Source: Octopus bimaculoides
Taxonomy: Eukaryota
DNA length: 64,000 nt
Assembly (NCBI RefSeq): GCF_001194135.2
Contig: NC_068988.1
Coordinates: 74,370,348-74,434,347, forward strand
Reading direction: 5' to 3'
Below the pieces are notes generated by a model. The model was not told where the DNA came from, made no database searches, and saw only the letters and a list, made by a program, of their open reading frames with translations. A program made the position numbers and the translations under genes. Of the stretch, positions 37,905-50,060 are shown piece by piece; the stretch's first letter is position 1; every line of letters begins with the position of its first letter.

Positions 37905-38440
37905 ATATGTGGAACATTGTAAAATATTGCTTATGCATGCAAGGAGAGAAGGTTCCATTTTTAATGTTTAATACGTTATCTTTTAATTGGTTGATGTTTA
38001 GCTTTTCAGTAATGCAAAGCTCACATTTGGTACCCCCTCAATTGGATTTTCTAGTTTTAACAATGGTGCTCTATGTTATCTAGGGGTTGCTTACTCTTCC
38101 TTCTTTTAGTGTCCATAGGGATGTTAAGTGTCTTTTATTTTTGTATCTGAGTGACACCAGATACTGTGTGTATCTTTCCTTGAATAAGTTGCCTGTCTTT
38201 GTTACTCTGTCGGAGTCTGTGATTTTGGCGTTGTATACAAGTTCTCTTTCCAAGTAGCTATTATTTAGAGGACAGCAGTTTAGAGATCTACAATTACAGT
38301 GTGTTTTTTTCAGGAGTAATCCAATTTTTCTATGTGATTGGCTTGAAGAATTGCTAAGATACTTTTTTAACATGAAGCCTATGGTAGCTTTAATACACGA
38401 ATAAGGAACCTTTATCCACCAATGCAGTGTTGAGCACTCA
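37905..38440 (-). mobile_element. Third Penelope-like (Naiad-type) GIY-YIG fragment
   Basis: IKVPYSC, HCNCRSLNCCPLN, LVYNAKI, FKERY, KCELCITEKL...LN...FSPCMHK. Confidence 0.8.
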
Positions 38441-38444
38441 TTCT

Positions 38445-38720
38445 CATTGTTTGGAGATTTTGACAGAAAGAGGGAGAGTTGTAGACCATGTTTTCTGACT
38501 ACCAGAAGGATGAATACCCAAGAGAACTATACAATGGGTACCACCAAAGAATGAAGAGGGATACTCAAGAAGAGATGGCACACCACCTTCAAAGAAGGTG
38601 GGTGGCAACTTAGCATCACTTGGGATGATGCTGGCATCTATGCTCAAAACCAGGGTTGTTGATGTCATGCTGTTCAATGTACAAACCAACTACACAAGAG
38701 GAACTAAGACTAATGCTAAG
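38445..38720 (+). mobile_element. 3' end of a second, distinct RTE-like LINE
   Basis: Frameshifted RTIQWVPP...RWHTTFKE...ITWDDA and a short ctaag-type tail. Confidence 0.5.
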
Positions 38721-38740
38721 ATATATGTAGAAGTATGTGT

Positions 38741-39075
38741 ATCTTTGATCTTTTATTTGTTTCAGTCATTCGACTGTGGCCATGATGGGGCACCACCTTG
38801 AAAAATTTTTAGTTGAACAAATCAACCCTAGTACCTATTTATTTTCTAAAGCCTGGTACTTATTCTATTGGTCTCTTTTGTCAAACTGCTAAGTTACAGG
38901 GATGTAAACACACCAACACTAGTTGTTAAGCAATCGTGAGAACAAACACAAACACAAAGATTCTCCTTCACACATACACACACATGATGGGCTTCTTTCA
39001 GTTTCTGCCAACTAAATCCACTCACAAGGCTTTGGTTGACCTGAGGCTATAGTGCTATATTAGAAGACACTTGCA
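38741..39075 (-). mobile_element. SINE family B (5'-truncated)
   Basis: Reverse complement of family B with the CA linker. Confidence 0.8.
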
Positions 39076-39255
39076 TACATACATACATACATACATACAT
39101 ACATACATACATACATACATACATACATACATACACACACACATGCATACATACATACATACATACATACACACATACATACATACATACATATGCACAA
39201 GTGAGTGGACAAATGAAAGAAAGTGGCACACAACACAGTTGGTAGGAGGTACATA

Positions 39256-39428
39256 TGAGGAGGTGCTGAAAAGTTCTTGGCTTTAAGTGTATCACTGAAA
39301 GCCTTGCTGGAGGTCTGGTACAATAAGTGTGTAAATCTGAGAAGGGAATATGTTCAATAAAATCATAATTAACTGATCCTACTGTATTTTCTTTTAACCA
39401 AAGTCAGGAATTTTTCAGCCCCTCCTTG
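39256..39428. mobile_element. Mariner-derived MITE
   Basis: TA-flanked TIRs tgaggaggtgctgaaaagttcttggcttt and (reverse complement) caaggaggggctgaaaaattcctgacttt. The interior retains a remnant of the transposase C-terminus. Confidence 0.8.
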
Positions 39429-39668
39429 TATATTATTTCTAACAGCTTAACTCAGCACTATACAACATAAAGATTTGTAATCTCATAGGAACTATCACTT
39501 TTGGACCAATAGGTCCATGTGATGTGAGTTGACCAATGGAGGACTATTATCTGAGAGCCAATATAAATTTGTCTCTAATCTCTTTACTCTTTTGTAGATA
39601 TCCAATAAAATACGTTCATCCTACAAGCTTATGAATCAAACTGATATATATATATATATATATATATA

Positions 39669-40146
39669 ACCAAATTCGATGACTGGCATCTGTGCCAGTG
39701 GAGCGCTAAGAGCACCGTCCGAGCGTGATCATTACCAGAGCAGCTGTCTGGCTTCCATACCAGTGGCACGTAAATAGCACCATTTGAGTGTGATCGTTAC
39801 CACTGTCGCCTTACTGGTACCTGTGCTGGTGGCACATGAAAAAACATTTGAGCGAGGTCATTGCCAGTGCCACTGGACTGGCTCCTGTGCAGGTGGCATG
39901 TAAAAAACACCATTTTGAGCATGGCCATTGCCAGTACTGCCTGACTAGCTCTCGTGCTGGTGGCACGTAAAAGCACCCACTACACTCTCGCAGTGGTTGA
40001 CGTTAGGAAGGGCATCCAGCTGTAGAAACTCTGCTAGATCAGATTGGAGCCTGGTGCAGCCTTCTGGTTCGCCAGTCCTCAGTCAAATCGTCCAACCATT
40101 GCTAGCATGGAAGGTGGACGTTAAACGATGATGATGATGATGATGA
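39669..40146 (+). mobile_element. RTE 3' UTR (diversified-unit subfamily)
   Basis: Colinear with 26330-26802, with a (GAT)n tail. Confidence 0.9.
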
Positions 40147-40217
40147 TACACACACACACACACACACACACATACATGCACACACATAAGCATATTCATG
40201 AGCACACACACAAACAC

Positions 40218-40261
<44 letters not shown>

Positions 40262-40269
40262 GTATATAT

Positions 40270-41750
40270 GTGTGTCATCATCATCATTTAATGTTCACTT
40301 TTCATGCTGGCTTGGGTACAACAGTGTGACAGATAACTGGTGAGCTGCCGAGCTGTGGCAAGTTCCAAAAGCATCTTTGGCATGGTTTCTACAGCTGAAT
40401 ATTTTCCTCATGCCAACCACTTTACAGAAAATACTGGATACTTTTTCTGTGCCACCAACACTAGTGAGGTTACCATGTAACTTGCAAGACAGAAGAGAAC
40501 AGACAAAAAGGAAAGGGAAAATGCTTCCACTACTAAGAGAAACCATTTGGGAAGAGAAGCTGGAGGTGGGTAGTTGTATGCCAGGCATTGACGGGCTAAA
40601 GTATGATAGAGGGACAAACACAGGTGTCTTGCTGTAGAGTAGATAAATGGCTGATGAAGATAAGAAGAATGTAGTATGGGGTGCTAGAACAAACTCTCAA
40701 GGAACAAGAAGGTGAACATAAGAGAGAGCAAAGACGGTCATGGGAGGGGATGAGAGAGTGGATGCTTTCACAAGAGTGTGAGGGAGGAATAAACAGGTGG
40801 AAGTTGAGGTTAATGTAGTGAGTGATGAATAATGGTGGTGGTACAGATAGTGGGAAAAACCAGTGTGTAGAAGAGTCAAGTGGGAGATACAGGAGTGGCT
40901 CAGGATGGACAATAGAACAGAAAGTAGTAGAATGATGCACAAGATACCGGGGCAGTAGAGAGGAAAATATAAGGAAACAAAAGGGGATAATGTAGTGGGT
41001 CATGATGGTAGACATGAGATATTTTTGCTATAATGGGTGGGTCTTCTTGAATGCAGCAAAATACCAATCATCTCAGTTCTTTGTCATCTCCTCTGCTAGA
41101 TTCAGCATCTTGAGATCAGCCTCTGATACTTGAAGTGATTGGTACTTTCTGCAACTGTCCTCATCTACACACATTTCATGACCAAACTAGTATAGTCCTC
41201 TCTCTTGCAAACTACATCTGATTCCTGTTACACCTAACTTTTCTCTCAATACATTTATACTTTGTCATACATAGAAGCTTTCAGAACCTCTTTTTCCATA
41301 TTGGTTTGTGTCTCTGGATCAATCTGGACGTAAGTCTGAAGTCACTAACCACTAACCTATGTTGAGTTGCACATTCTTCATCTGAGAAGCACTTTGCATT
41401 CACAAGTATCTGCCTATCCCTGTTTCTGGTGAGAATGTTGGCAATCTAGCTTATGTGCCCACCACATTGATAAGTGATCAGATGGTTGGCAGGTTTCCTG
41501 AAATTAGTAATGTAGGTCACAAAATCACTTGCATCGCAAAACTCCAGTAGCCTTGTTCTCTTCCCGTTTCTAGAACCAAAACTGTAACATTCATGCATGC
41601 CATTTGAGTGCTACCCATCAAACAATTGAAGTTACCAACCATGATAACGTCTTTCATTGTTAAGGTAGTCTGTGAATGGGATTCATAGAAACAATCCCTC
41701 TGTTCATCTGCCAGTCTGGCATGCGGATTGTATGTAGAGATAAATGTCAT
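40270..41750 (-). mobile_element. Fragmented, internally deleted RTE (tail 40270-40500, C-terminus 41020-41350, APE fragment 41350-41750)
   Basis: APE motifs STYNPH...DCFYE...VGNFN and a tail matching the RTE terminus. An unclassified purine-rich segment lies at 40500-41020. Confidence 0.65.
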
Positions 41751-42763
41751 TGCTACAAGAGTATTCTGAATTTAATAATCCTATCACATACTCTGACTAT
41801 CTCAGTCACTTTATCCACCCATTTCTCCACCAAAAGCATATGTACACCACCTACCCCATCACTACTACCCACCCAGAAGAATTGTATCTTTTACACACAG
41901 CACACATCTACACGCCCCTGCTCAAGCTTTTCAGCAACTTCACCAGACCAACCTTTCATTGAGCTAACAGAAGCTCTAAGCTTATTGACTTGCAAAGCAT
42001 GAAAGGGTAGTCTGGGGGCTATTTTAAGCATCTGGAAAAAGATTCTTGTGAGCATTTGCCTAGTGGCAACAGAAATTTGTACATGTGAGTGGAAACAAGT
42101 ATTGGCTGCAACATGAATTATAATTTCCTTCAGGCCCTCAGAGCTTTCAGAGGTAAGGAAATGCTAGTAGAGGGGATGAGTAGATAGGATTAAGGAAGGA
42201 AAGAGGGAAAGCTTATGACTGGCCCCTAGCACCATCATCAACGTCGTCATGGTCATCATCATCATTGTCATCACCAATCAACATCCACTTTCCATGTCAC
42301 TTGCATGCATTTACCCACACACACACACACACAAATACATGTAGGCCATAAACACATACATATGTAAACAAATAAACACCATGAACATACATGCTCAAAC
42401 ACACATATGTAAATACATACATATAGACTCACAGGACATTTATATAGAAATATGCACCTATATACACCCGTGTACACCCATATAACATGACACAATTGTT
42501 ATATTGTCATCCACAAATATCTATGTAAATATTTACACACATATATACATATAATCTTTCTTATGCACACAGATATATACAGACACTGGCAGTCATGTAT
42601 ATGTATGCTCACACATTCTTCACAAAAGTCAGTGAAATGTGAGTGGGAATGGTAAGGGGGATGAATTGAGATTGCATGTGTGTGTGTTGCACGTTTCTTT
42701 CATGTTGTCCTCAACAAGAATTTAAAACTTATTTACCATTACACTAATAAGAGATAAATCCAT

Positions 42764-43606
42764 GGTGTCCAGTCAATTCGTCAATGGCAATTTGTCATCA
42801 TTTAATTTGTCCCCAGTCAATTCATTATTGGTTAATTCATCCCCAGGTCAATTCGCCGTCAGTCAATTCATCGAGATCATAGGAAAAATGGAAGAACAAA
42901 TATCTGAATTAAAAGACATTTATTTTAAGGTTTACTGTATTACAAATATATTTTTTCTTAAAATTTAAGATTGCATGCAATTACTTTTAGAAAAATTATT
43001 TTTTTGCTTGGATCATTTTGCCATGACATTTTTTATATGCAGGTTCATATCTGTATTTTTTCCTTTTGACTTGGTTCATCTTTCATAAACTTCTGCAATT
43101 TGGTACTGGCAAACCTTTCCTCACATTTAATCACATCAATAAGTTTCCAAATATTTGGATGACTAATATTCACTGTGTTTTTCAGCACACTGTGGTAGGC
43201 TTCTGAACTATTTGTAGTACGAGCAACCTCCGCCATACATCGCTCCCAGATATTCCACATAGGTAATGGAAATGGAGGTTCAAGGCATCGCCTCCTCTGT
43301 CCTCTTCCTCTAGGTGGTCCTATATAATTATTATCAAAATAGGATACAACTGACTGTGGAATATCATCATCATCAGCAAGTTGTTCCTATCCATCTACAA
43401 CATCATCAACTGGCAGGAAGGCAAGGGCAACAAAACACTGCACTTTTAGACTAAAACTGTCATCTTTGTGATATCTACATTTTAGTCCTTCTTGCACAAC
43501 ATGCTTGTACACATTTTGTCCTAAATGAAACAAGCAGCATGCCAAATTTGACACAGGGACAAATTAACCAATGACGAAATAACCAGGGATGAATTGTCCT
43601 TGCACC
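42764..43606 (-). mobile_element. MULE/Mutator-like element, internally deleted, with TIRs and an 8-bp TSD
   Basis: TSD AAATCCAT at 42756-42763 and 43607-43614. TIRs ggtg....g.caattc.tc built from ~11-bp sub-repeats. Peptide CLFHLGQNV...ALAFLPVDDV...YFDNNYIG...WN...RTTNSSEAYHS...HPNIWKLI. Confidence 0.88.
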
Positions 43607-44169
43607 AAATCCATAAAGAGATCCATCATAATATCTCTGGAAGAAATTTAAAGTTATTTACCACTAGCTTAAAAGCTGCTCTTCATACAGACTTTTAAGC
43701 TAGCATCTGTGGATGACTTTGGGCCTGCAGCCCAAAACTAAAGAGAGCTAAATAGCATGACTATATGTCCCTGTGGTGTTTGATCAGAGCTTAAGGACAG
43801 ATGAGAATTAATTCTGTAATGCAATCATTCTATTGTTCTAGTTCCAATTTGAATTCCGACTGTTGGTCAATTTGTCCCAAAGTTTTTATCTTGACATAAA
43901 ATTAATGAAGTGAATGTCATTTATTTCCCCCTTGATTTCTGATGTCATCTGAAAAAAGCTAACCAATCAGCCAAGCTTTATCTGCTACAAATAGCAACCC
44001 AAATGTTTTTAAATCATATCCCAATGCTGGATGTTCAAGAGCCAAATAAAGGACAGATTTTTAATCCTGGGATCATCCTGATTTCAAAAAGGTATAATAT
44101 GTCTATGTAGAGCAAATATAGACTTAGACACAGGGGTCCCAAACAGAAATTTGTTTTTATTATTATAGA

Positions 44170-44800
44170 TTACTACTTACAAAATAGTGTGTGTGTATAT
44201 AATTATGTGTGTGTGTATGTATTATGTGGATGTGTGTGTGTGTATACATATACCTATGCATGACTCTGTGTGTGTTTGTGTGTGTGTGTATTATGTGGAT
44301 GCATGTGTGAATACATATATCTGTGCATGTGTGTGTGTGTGTATACATGATAGAATATGCACGTGTATGTATGTGTATGCATGTGAGTGTAAGTTTGTAT
44401 GTATTTGTATTTGACTTTTAATATCGGAGGAGGGGTGTCTTGTTTGTATTTTCCTGCTAATTTTTTTTCATTTCTTAGATCTTCACTGCCTATATAATAC
44501 AGGATGGGGTTGGAGTAATTGAATAATTGTTGCACCTGCTGAGTAAGCAAGGTTTTCACCTATGTTTGTATGTGTGTGTGTGTGCATGCATGCATGTGTG
44601 CACACATGTATGTGCATGTGTGTGTATGTGTATGTATGTGCATATGTGTGAATGTGTGTCTTTGTATTTGAATGTATGTGTGTATATATGTATATGTATG
44701 TGTCTGTGTGTGTATATGTGTGTATGTGATTGTGTATGTCTGTGTGTGTATGAATATGTATATGTGCATATATACATGTGTGTGTGTGCACACTTTTACT
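44170..44800. repeat. Degenerate (GT)/(AT) microsatellite block
   Basis: Low-complexity sequence that gives rise to the C/V/M/Y-rich ORFs. Confidence 0.9.
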
Positions 44801-46734
44801 GGCATGACACTCAGCCAAAACTCATTAGCCTATATCTGTCATTAAAATATACATTCAACAGGTTTAATCTGTGTTAATCCGTATTAATAAAGATTATCTA
44901 CCAAAACAGAAATTATTAATCCATTTGTATACACAAGAGGAAGTTGAAGCACTTTGATAAAGTTTAACAAGGTACTTTGTTACAGGTGTTTACATTAACA
45001 ATATTTAGAAAATTAATTTTCTAGATGCAGATTACTATCTTCATCCAACTCTACTTCATACATGGAAATGGGGAGGGCTGACTGAAAGGTCATGTGATGA
45101 CCTTTCTTAAAGGACAATGAGATTGGACCAGGTGCCATACAGTCAGAAATACCTTCTTAGTCACATATTTCAACAACCATAACCTCCTTTACTTTGTTGT
45201 AAAATGAATAATGTAAATTTAATTGTTTTTTAACTTTGAAATTATCATGGTGGATTGATAACCCATTAATGGATAGCTCTAATCATTAAATATCAAACAT
45301 GAAAATAATTATGGCACTAATTAACACAATTAATTAAAACTGATTTTATACATTTGTGCAAGGAACATATGTTCAGTTTCAAAATGGTAGCAGCAAGAGC
45401 AGCAGCAGTAGTTGTAGTTGATGGCCTCAACCTCAATAAATAACTGGTGCATAGTTTATGGCCCCAAAAGTAATAAAAGAGGTTTTAAAGTGATTTCAGT
45501 GTAACTCAGATTTATGAAGATCCAAAGTAAATACTAGGTGACATAGTTTGTTTCTCCCACTCTACACCACATCAAAAGATATCAATAAACTTTATAACAT
45601 GTAGTCAATACATTTTCTCTTATTTGTATATTCATCCCACACTCTTGCAATCTTTACCAACCTAGCCCCATCCATCAGCTCTATCTCTTATCCTTTGCCT
45701 ATCTACTATATCATTATTTGTAGTATTCTGCTGCTCTTCACTCTGTATAGTCAGTCATTACCTCCTTGATCCTGGGCCACTTCTGTCAACATTTATCCCT
45801 CTTTCTTATCACCTTCTCCCAACTGATATTTACAGTTCACTACCCCTCTACACTTGTTTACCATTCACTACATTCATTCCTACCCTCATCTCTCACCATC
45901 TCTCATTATCCACATACATTTTGTAACTTTTACCAACTCATCCTTCCTGATGTGAGTGGGAATCAAGCATCTTATCATACAGCCATACCTCAACATCCAG
46001 AAGTTTCTATTGATACATCTACTCTCAAAATCTTGTTATGGGCTGGAGAACCATCATAAATGGAATGAACACTAATGATCACCTTCCTGATGACTGTAGA
46101 TGTCTCACTGACCTCATTGCTAACTCTCATCTCACTGACAACATACTTGTGCATTATTAATATGATTTTCTCACAATTCCTTCATCTCCACCTTGTTCTC
46201 TCAGCAACCACCAGACTATAGTGCATGGCACTCTGTCAAAGGTTTTCTCCAAGTCAACAACTGCTACATGAAGTAGCCTGGGTCTTACTTAAAACTTCCT
46301 CTGTTCATGTCTCATTAAGAGTGGGTATTAGTGCTACCCTATCTCAACACAAACTTGAACTGCTTCTTATCTCAACTAATTTTTTTCCTAATTAGGCTTA
46401 GTTGTGCTCTATGTTTTACTGTTGATTTCATCACCTGTTCCATTTATCTAATGCTTCTTCAGCAAATCCTTTCTACAAAATCTCCTTTGCTCTAGTAGTA
46501 GTTAATGAATATATTGATACATCAGTCATTGAGAATAACCCCTCTGGCATTACCTTATAGATTATTTGACTGACATGCACTTGATATACTTCATTAGATA
46601 TTTTCAATATCTCAATGACTATCTCTTACAGTCCAGCTGCTTTTGTTAAAGGATTCTTTGACTAGGTACCTGTATAGTTTAATAGCTGCTTCCTCTGTTG
46701 AGTCTACTTGGTCACCCCTCTCGTACTTGATTTG

Positions 46735-46825
<91 letters not shown>

Positions 46826-46862
46826 CACTCACCCTCCTCTCTCTCATTCCCTCTTTGTGTAT

Positions 46863-47024
46863 AGGTGTGGGTATGGTTGTGTGGTTTAGAAGCTCACTTT
46901 GCAACCTCATGGCTTTAGGTCCAGTCTCACTGTTTGGAACCATGGAAATGTGACTTCTACCATAGCCCTGAGGTGATCAATGTCTTGAGAGTAAATTTGG
47001 TAGATGGAAACTGCATAAAATTCC

Positions 47025-47070
<46 letters not shown>

Positions 47071-47286
47071 TGTATGTCTACAACCCTCACCACCATTTGA
47101 CAAGTGGTGTTGGTTTGTTTAAATCTCCATAACTTAGCAGTTTCAGCAAGGAGACCAATAGAATAAGTACCAGACACAGTAAATAATTTCTGACATTGAT
47201 CTATTTCACTAAGACTTTCAAGGCAGTGCCCCAGCATGGCTACAGTCAAATGACTGAAACAAGCAAAGGATAAAAGGTAAAAGAAA
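46863..47286 (+). mobile_element. SINE family B, full length
   Basis: Head, core, (GT)n linker and 3' half as at 36783. Confidence 0.8.
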
Positions 47287-47340
47287 TATCTATGTGTTTT
47301 TCTGTCTGTCTGTCTGTCTTTGTCTGTCTGTTTGTCTGTT

Positions 47341-47384
<44 letters not shown>

Positions 47385-47386
<2 letters not shown>

Positions 47387-47560
47387 AATTTCCTCATTCA
47401 CCAACCTCTCATGATTGCATTTCAATGCCTCTTTCTGTTTGAGGTCAGTGAGGGCAAATACCTCACTATCATTACATACACACTGGTGTCCTGTCTCCTT
47501 CTTACCCACTGCTTTATTACAGTGGATCACATCCTTTATCTTCACACCACTTAACATTCA
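47385..47560 (-). mobile_element. RTE pre-RT fragment
   Basis: CVCNDSEVFALTDLKQKEALKCNHERLVNEE resembles the RTE at ~16920-17030. Confidence 0.6.
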
Positions 47561-48199
47561 CAAACCTCTTACTTTGGGCTTCTCTCCAAACTACATCCAA
47601 CTACTTGATAATGTTTGTTCTTCCCCTCTTTCTTTCATTCCATTCCAGTCTGGTCTTTAGCGTTATGACACTTAACTGTACCACTGCACTACTTTTCATC
47701 TGGAGGATACTCTGCTGTGAAGCTCCAGATCTAGCTTGAGGCTCACAGCTAAGGGCTCTTGTAAAAATTCTCCTCTATGTTATAGGTTCTTGTCTTATTT
47801 CTTGTGAATGATAATTCTCCTTTCTTGTTATAAGTCCTTATCTCTCACTCTTTTGTAAATGCTCCACCTGACTCCTTGATATCTGCCCTTCGATCTCCCA
47901 CTTCTTGTTATAGCCCCTATACCTCTCCTTCCTTGTTATAGGTCACTATTTCTTCCTCCATATCATAACCCCTATCTTTCCTTCCTTGTCATAGGTCCCT
48001 ACTTCTCACTCCTAGGTATATGTCCATCTCTCTCTCTTTCTCTCCCCCCTCTCTCCCTGTTATAGCTCTCTATTTCTTACAGCCCCCCCCCCTNNNNNNN
48101 NNNCCCCCCCCCCCTATCTCTTACTACTTGTTATACATATTATCTATGGCTTTTTTGAACCAACATTTGGCTAAATGATTTTTAACATCTGTACTTGCA

Positions 48200-48360
48200 C
48201 TCTGCAAATTGTCTTGTCTTCAGCCCCATCTCTATTAACTCTGGTGTACCCTAGGGCTCAATTTTGTCCACCCACTCTCTTCCTTGTATACATGAATGAC
48301 CTACTTACCACCACATCCAACAACATGCACACTTATGCAATTGATTAATATCTTTTATTC
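48200..48360 (+). mobile_element. Jockey/CR1-type RT fragment
   Basis: PISINSGVP*GSIL(S)PTLFLVYMNDL...MHTYA, with a frameshift. Confidence 0.65.
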
Positions 48361-49789
48361 TACCTCTGACTTTTTTAACCCTACATCATTCACACACAAC
48401 TTAAAGTACAACACACAAAATCAACATTGATTCTATAAACAGAGATATCAAGAACATCCACCAGTGGAGCCACGCCAATGTTGTCTCTTAGAAAAAAAAA
48501 AGAACAACAACAAAAAATCAATCTAGCTTGTTATTGTGCAGCAAACTCTCTGACAGACGTTCTGGCTGACTGACTGTCTAGTATATTCTCTGAATCTCTT
48601 CTAGTATTTTTGCCACTTACACACACTCACACACACTTATGCACACGCATTCACACAAAACACATGCGCACACACTCCTGGATACATCTTCTCTCATCCC
48701 CCACTGTCTCTCTCCACACCTCTCCATCCCCTCTCCATCCCCCCTCCACCCGTCTGTTCTTTCTCCTTCTTTCCTGATTCTCTCTCACCTTAACCCTCTC
48801 TCCCTCCCTCTTTTTCTCTCTCTCTCTTTCTTTCTCTGTTTCTCTCTGACTCATTTGCTTCAAATGCCATGGTTGTCCATAGCAACAAGTTTATTCCTCA
48901 TTGATTCCTGATTGATTGTATTTCTCCAGAGTGTGGAGTACTGGGCTGGGGTGACTATATTTTTTGTTTTATTTAATTGAAGAAGTAAGTTGGAAATTTT
49001 TCATTTTTATAATTTTTTTTTTTTTTACTTTTGATGGATGTGGATGGTGGTGGTGGTGGTATTGTCCACTTACCTCAGTGTTATGAGTTCATAAACTGTA
49101 CAAGTCATGGTTAAAGAGGAAATACAGGTTGTGGGACCACTTGTGTATATGATAATTTCCTTTCATGGCTGATAACATTGAAGGGTCAGTAATGAGGACC
49201 TGTTGATGTATATATGCTTCGGATAAAATATCATTATCACCATCGTCATCACAATTATCATAACCACTATCATTACTGTCACCACCATCATTATCACCAC
49301 CATTACCCTCACAAGCATTCACATCAGCATCACCACCATCATCACTATCAACCTCACCATTATTATTGTCGATTAACAGAAACACAAGGGTATCACACTT
49401 GTAGTTTCTCAGTGCAAATCCCAATGAAATAAGCTTTGTCTTTGATATCTATGAGTTCAATGGAAGAAGTGAAGTACCAGTAATTCACTGGTATCACTGG
49501 TACTTCACCTACTGACTTAATAGACTATAATCTGATCTCCAGTATCATAGATTGGTATCAAATCAACATCTGGTAGTTAAATTGAATGCCAACATCTGAA
49601 GCATGAACTGATAAAAAAAGACACTGGTAATCTTTTGGTTGATTGTGAGTTAAATAATTATTTACAACATACGCAGATAAAACAGTCTTTATCTTGTTTA
49701 AATTTATTTTGTCATTACAATAATCAGGGACCCATTTTGATGGAGATTATTTTTATTACTAATTTAGTCTGTAGGAAAAATCCATGCTT

Positions 49790-50060
49790 GTGGCTTTTCC
49801 AGGGTTTCCAAGATCAATGACCTCTGTAGGAAGGAGCTCTCTCCATTATTATCTTTAGTCTTTCAATACCAATGACATTTGTTAGAAGGAGCTGTCTCCA
49901 TAACATTCACATGTCCTCCAAGGCCAATAAGATCTGTTGGATGGGCCTGTTTCCATGATCTTCAAAGGTTCTCCAACACCACTGAGATCTGTAGGAGAGG
50001 CTGTTTCTATATCCTTCAAAGGTCCTCCAGGACCAGTGAGGTTTGCAGGTGTGGCCTATG
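49790..50060. repeat. Degenerate 54-55-bp tandem repeat (~5 units)
   Basis: Equivalent positions at 49821, 49876, 49931, 49986 and 50040. Confidence 0.75.

Noticed and set aside
45025-45088. Candidate exon ADYYLHPTLLHTWKWGGLTE
   Set aside because: The donor (gtcatg) is weak, the peptide is not recognised, and the opposite strand is equally open.
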